From assembly GCA_035506575.1 (NCBI GenBank), contig DATJPD010000082.1, positions 18,566-82,565 of the forward strand: a stretch of 64,000 nt of DNA. Reading direction: 5' to 3'. The position numbers were made by a program, and so were the translations under genes. Of this stretch, positions 61,499-64,000 are shown piece by piece. Below the pieces are notes generated by a model. That model did no database searches. It saw nothing but the letters and a program-made list of their open reading frames with translations, and was not told the DNA's origin. Within the stretch, counting starts at the first letter, position 1. Each line of letters begins with the position of its first letter. This DNA comes from Alphaproteobacteria bacterium. GTDB lineage: Bacteria; Pseudomonadota; Alphaproteobacteria; CACIAM-22H2.

Positions 61499-62620
61499 TC
61501 AACCCTGTCCCGGCGCTGCGGCGTAGGTCTCGACGATGTCCTCGCCGCACGTCTCGACGCCGACCCGCGCGAACCGAGGCGCCTGGGCGAGCTGATCGAC
61601 ACCGAACGCCTGCGCCACCGGGGTCCCATCGCCGCCCACGATCGAGCCGGCGCGGAACCACACGATACGGTCGATCAACCCGGCGCCCAGCAGTGCGCCC
61701 GTGATATGGCCGCCGCCCTCGACCAGCACCCGGGTGAGGCCGCGCGCGGCGAAGGCGCGCATCATCTCCTCCATGTCCGGCCGGTCGCCGCCGGGTGCCA
61801 GCTCGATCAGCTCGACCCCGCAATCCTTGAGAATGTTGCGCCGCGTCCGGTCGGCGTCCGTATAGGTGACGATCCAGGTGGGCGTCTTCGCCGCGGTCTG
61901 GACGACTTGCGCGGTCAGCGGCAGCCGCAGGCGCGGGTCGACCACGATCCGCACCGGCGAGCGCGCGGCGAGGCCCGGCAGCCGGCAGGTCAGCTGCGGG
62001 TCGTCGGCGAGGGCGGTGCCGACCCCGACCATGATCGCGTCGTGCTGCGCGCGCAGGAGATGCGCCCGATGCCGCGCAGCTTCGCCGGTGATCCAGCGGC
62101 TCTCGCCGCGATGCGTGGCGATGCGGCCGTCGAGCGTGGTCGCGGCCTTGAGGGTCACCAGGGGACGGCCCACGGTGACGCGCAGGAAAAACCCGGCGTT
62201 GAGCTCGGTCGCCTCCTCGGCCAGGACTCCCGTCTCGACCGCGATGGCTGCGGCGCGCAGGGCGGCAAGACCGCGGCCCGACACGCGCGGATCGGGATCC
62301 TCGACCGCCGCCACCACGCGCGCCACGTTCGCCGCGATCAGCGCATCGGTGCAGGGCGGGGTCTGGCCGTGATGGCTGCAGGGCTCGAGGGTCACATAGG
62401 CGGTGGCTCCTGCCGCCGCGGTACCGGCGCGCAGAAGCGCCTCGGTCTCGGCGTGCGGCCGCCCGGAGATGCGCGTCCAGCCGCGCCCGACAACGGCGCC
62501 GTCGCGGACGAGGACGCAGCCGACGGCGGGGTTCGGCCACACCGCCCCCAGGTTGCGGCGCGCCAGCACCAGGGCCGCGCGCATATGCCCGATATCGTCC
62601 GCCGTCGCCATGTCCCTCAC
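61499..62620 (-). CDS. ribD: Bifunctional diaminohydroxyphosphoribosylaminopyrimidine deaminase / 5-amino-6-(5-phosphoribosylamino)uracil reductase
   Basis: 373 aa. The deaminase zinc motifs are HAE and LEPCSHHGQTPPC. The reductase domain includes KAATTLDGRIA. Confidence 0.9.
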   Translation of the reverse strand: MRDMATADDIGHMRAALVLARRNLGAVWPNPAVGCVLVRDGAVVGRGWTRISGRPHAETEALLRAGTAAAGATAYVTLEPCSHHGQTPPCTDALIAANVARVVAAVEDPDPRVSGRGLAALRAAAIAVETGVLAEEATELNAGFFLRVTVGRPLVTLKAATTLDGRIATHRGESRWITGEAARHRAHLLRAQHDAIMVGVGTALADDPQLTCRLPGLAARSPVRIVVDPRLRLPLTAQVVQTAAKTPTWIVTYTDADRTRRNILKDCGVELIELAPGGDRPDMEEMMRAFAARGLTRVLVEGGGHITGALLGAGLIDRIVWFRAGSIVGGDGTPVAQAFGVDQLAQAPRFARVGVETCGEDIVETYAAAPGQG

Positions 62621-62644
62621 CCCGCCAGCCCAGAGGGAGACGCG

Positions 62645-63109
62645 CTAGTCCTTCTCGGCCATGCCGCCCAGCTTGCCGACGAAATCCTCGAAGTCCTTCG
62701 CCTCGCGGAAGTTACGGTAGACCGAAGCGAACCGCACATAAGCCACGGGGTCGAGCGTCGACAGCGCGTCCATGACCATCTCGCCCACCACGGTCGAGGG
62801 GATTTCGCTTTCGCCCAGGCTCTCGAGGCGGCGGACGATGCCGCTCACGATGCGCTCGACGCGTTCCGGCTCGACCGGGCGCTTGCGGACCGCGATCGCG
62901 ATGGATCTCGCGAGCTTGTCGCGATCGAACTGTTCCTTGACGCCGTTCTTCTTCACGACCACGAGGTCGCGAAGCTGCACGCGTTCAAAGGTGGTGAAGC
63001 GCGACCCGCAGGACGGACAGAAGCGCCGGCGCCGGATGGCGCTGTTGTCCTCTGTCGGCCGCGAATCCTTCACCTGCGTGTCGTCGTGACCGCAAAACGG
63101 ACACCGCAT
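62645..63109 (-). CDS. nrdR: Transcriptional repressor NrdR
   Basis: 154 aa. It has the zinc ribbon MRCPFCG...CPSCG plus an ATP-cone. Confidence 0.95.
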   Translation of the reverse strand: MRCPFCGHDDTQVKDSRPTEDNSAIRRRRFCPSCGSRFTTFERVQLRDLVVVKKNGVKEQFDRDKLARSIAIAVRKRPVEPERVERIVSGIVRRLESLGESEIPSTVVGEMVMDALSTLDPVAYVRFASVYRNFREAKDFEDFVGKLGGMAEKD

Positions 63110-63156
63110 TCCCCCGTCTCCCCCTCAGCCCTCGCCGTTATCGTCTTGATGCCGCG

Positions 63157-64000
63157 TCATTGGCCCGGATAGACCGGGAAGCGCCGGCACAGTTCCGCGA
63201 CCTTCGCACGCACGGCGGCTTCGGTCCCGGTATTGTCGCCGGAATTGCTCGCCGCCAAGCCATCCAGAACCTCATCGATCAGCTCGCCGACAAGGCGGAA
63301 CTCCGCCGCGCCGAAGCCGCGCGTGGTTCCGGCCGGAGATCCCAACCGCACTCCGGAGGTGACTGCAGGCTTCTCGGGATCGAACGGGATGCCGTTCTTG
63401 TTGCAGGTGATACCCGCCCGGTCGAGGCTTTGCTCGGCCGCCTTGCCGGTCAGCTTCTTCGGGCGCAAATCGACGAGCATCAGGTGGGTGTCGGTGCCGC
63501 CCGAAACGATGTCGAGGCCACGGCTCTTGAGCGTTTCGGCCAGGGTCTTGGCGTTTTCCACCACGGCACGCGCGTACGACTTGAACTCCGGCCGCAGCGC
63601 TTCGCCGAGCGCCACGGCCTTGGCGGCGATGACGTGCATCAAGGGGCCGCCCTGCAGGCCCGGAAAGACGGAGGAATTGATCTTCTTGCCCAGTTCCTCG
63701 TCCATGGACAGGATCATGCCGCCCCGGGGGCCGCGCAGTGTCTTGTGCGTGGTCGTGGTCACGACATGCGCATGGGGGAGCGGGCTCGGGTGCGCCCCGC
63801 CGGCGACGAGCCCGGCGAAATGCGCCATATCGACCATGAGATACGCTCCCACCGCGTCCGCGATCTTGCGGAAGCGCGCGAAATCGATGACGCGCGGATA
63901 GGCGGAGCCGCCGGCAATGATCATCTTCGGCCGGTGCTCGTGCGCCAGGCGTTCGACTTCGACGTAATCGATGCGCTGGTCGTCCCGGCGGACGGTGTAC
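63157..64000 (-). CDS. glyA: Serine hydroxymethyltransferase. Only the C-terminal ~280 codons are present; the gene continues past the window end.
   Basis: The ORF 63157..63924 translation contains [16 protein letters not shown] (PLP-lysine motif). The frame stays open to 64000. Confidence 0.95.
   Translation of the reverse strand, partial: YTVRRDDQRIDYVEVERLAHEHRPKMIIAGGSAYPRVIDFARFRKIADAVGAYLMVDMAHFAGLVAGGAHPSPLPHAHVVTTTTHKTLRGPRGGMILSMDEELGKKINSSVFPGLQGGPLMHVIAAKAVALGEALRPEFKSYARAVVENAKTLAETLKSRGLDIVSGGTDTHLMLVDLRPKKLTGKAAEQSLDRAGITCNKNGIPFDPEKPAVTSGVRLGSPAGTTRGFGAAEFRLVGELIDEVLDGLAASNSGDNTGTEAAVRAKVAELCRRFPVYPGQ

Noticed and set aside
59606-62644. FMN (RFN) riboswitch within the riboflavin cluster
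   Set aside because: Intergenic spacers are 17, 0 (overlap), 47 and 24 nt. These are too short for a ~140-nt RFN element.

Overview
This is a GC-rich chromosomal segment, roughly two-thirds G+C by eye (not computed). Its gene content points to an alphaproteobacterium, probably Hyphomicrobiales/Bradyrhizobiaceae-like: homospermidine synthase, H+-pyrophosphatase, and the blocks yceD-rpmF-plsX-fabH-ihfA-merR and glyA-nrdR-ribD-ribE-ribB-ribH-nusB-thiL. About 70% of the window is ordinary core genome:
- phaC and a GTP-type PEPCK
- the hss-odc-GNAT polyamine operon
- argC, rplM-rpsI and metY
- tRNA-Pro(GGG)
- hppA and the riboflavin cluster

The stand-out region is an accessory island of about 18 kb (about 20.4-38.4 kb) lying between metY and a Na+/H+ antiporter gene. 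It contains no transcriptional regulator, and I cannot match its enzyme combination to any described pathway. It has three parts:
- A tightly coupled 7-gene minus-strand operon: CoxL-like Mo-hydroxylase large subunit, MmgE/PrpD-family protein, Rieske oxygenase alpha and beta, a 71-aa ORF, a RutB-like amidohydrolase and DUF3891.
- A NitT/TauT-type ABC transporter with three NMT1/THI5-type binding proteins.
- An NtaA/DszA-type flavin monooxygenase, two CDA-fold deaminases and two amidohydrolase-superfamily enzymes.

The best reading is an undescribed N-heterocycle (pyrimidine-, purine-, pterin- or triazine-like) uptake and degradation system. The Mo-hydroxylase and the Rieske oxygenase both lack their usual electron-transfer partners.

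Secondary observations:
- a ~450-nt leader upstream of hss-odc that is a candidate speF-type RNA
- a REP-like hairpin family
- a split two-gene permease
- an output-less Cache-PAS-PAS sensor
- a degenerate RibA-like domain fused to RibB
- a secreted Ala-rich protein with 15-residue periodicity
- a Rap1a-like gene paired with a glycine-zipper lipoprotein gene near the tRNA

All functional calls rest on reading the translated ORFs and remembered family motifs; no database search was run. CDS coordinates come from the ORF track with manual start refinement. Coordinates of hairpins and motifs were hand-counted and may be off by 1-2 nt. The many long ORFs antisense to real genes are treated as high-GC artefacts.
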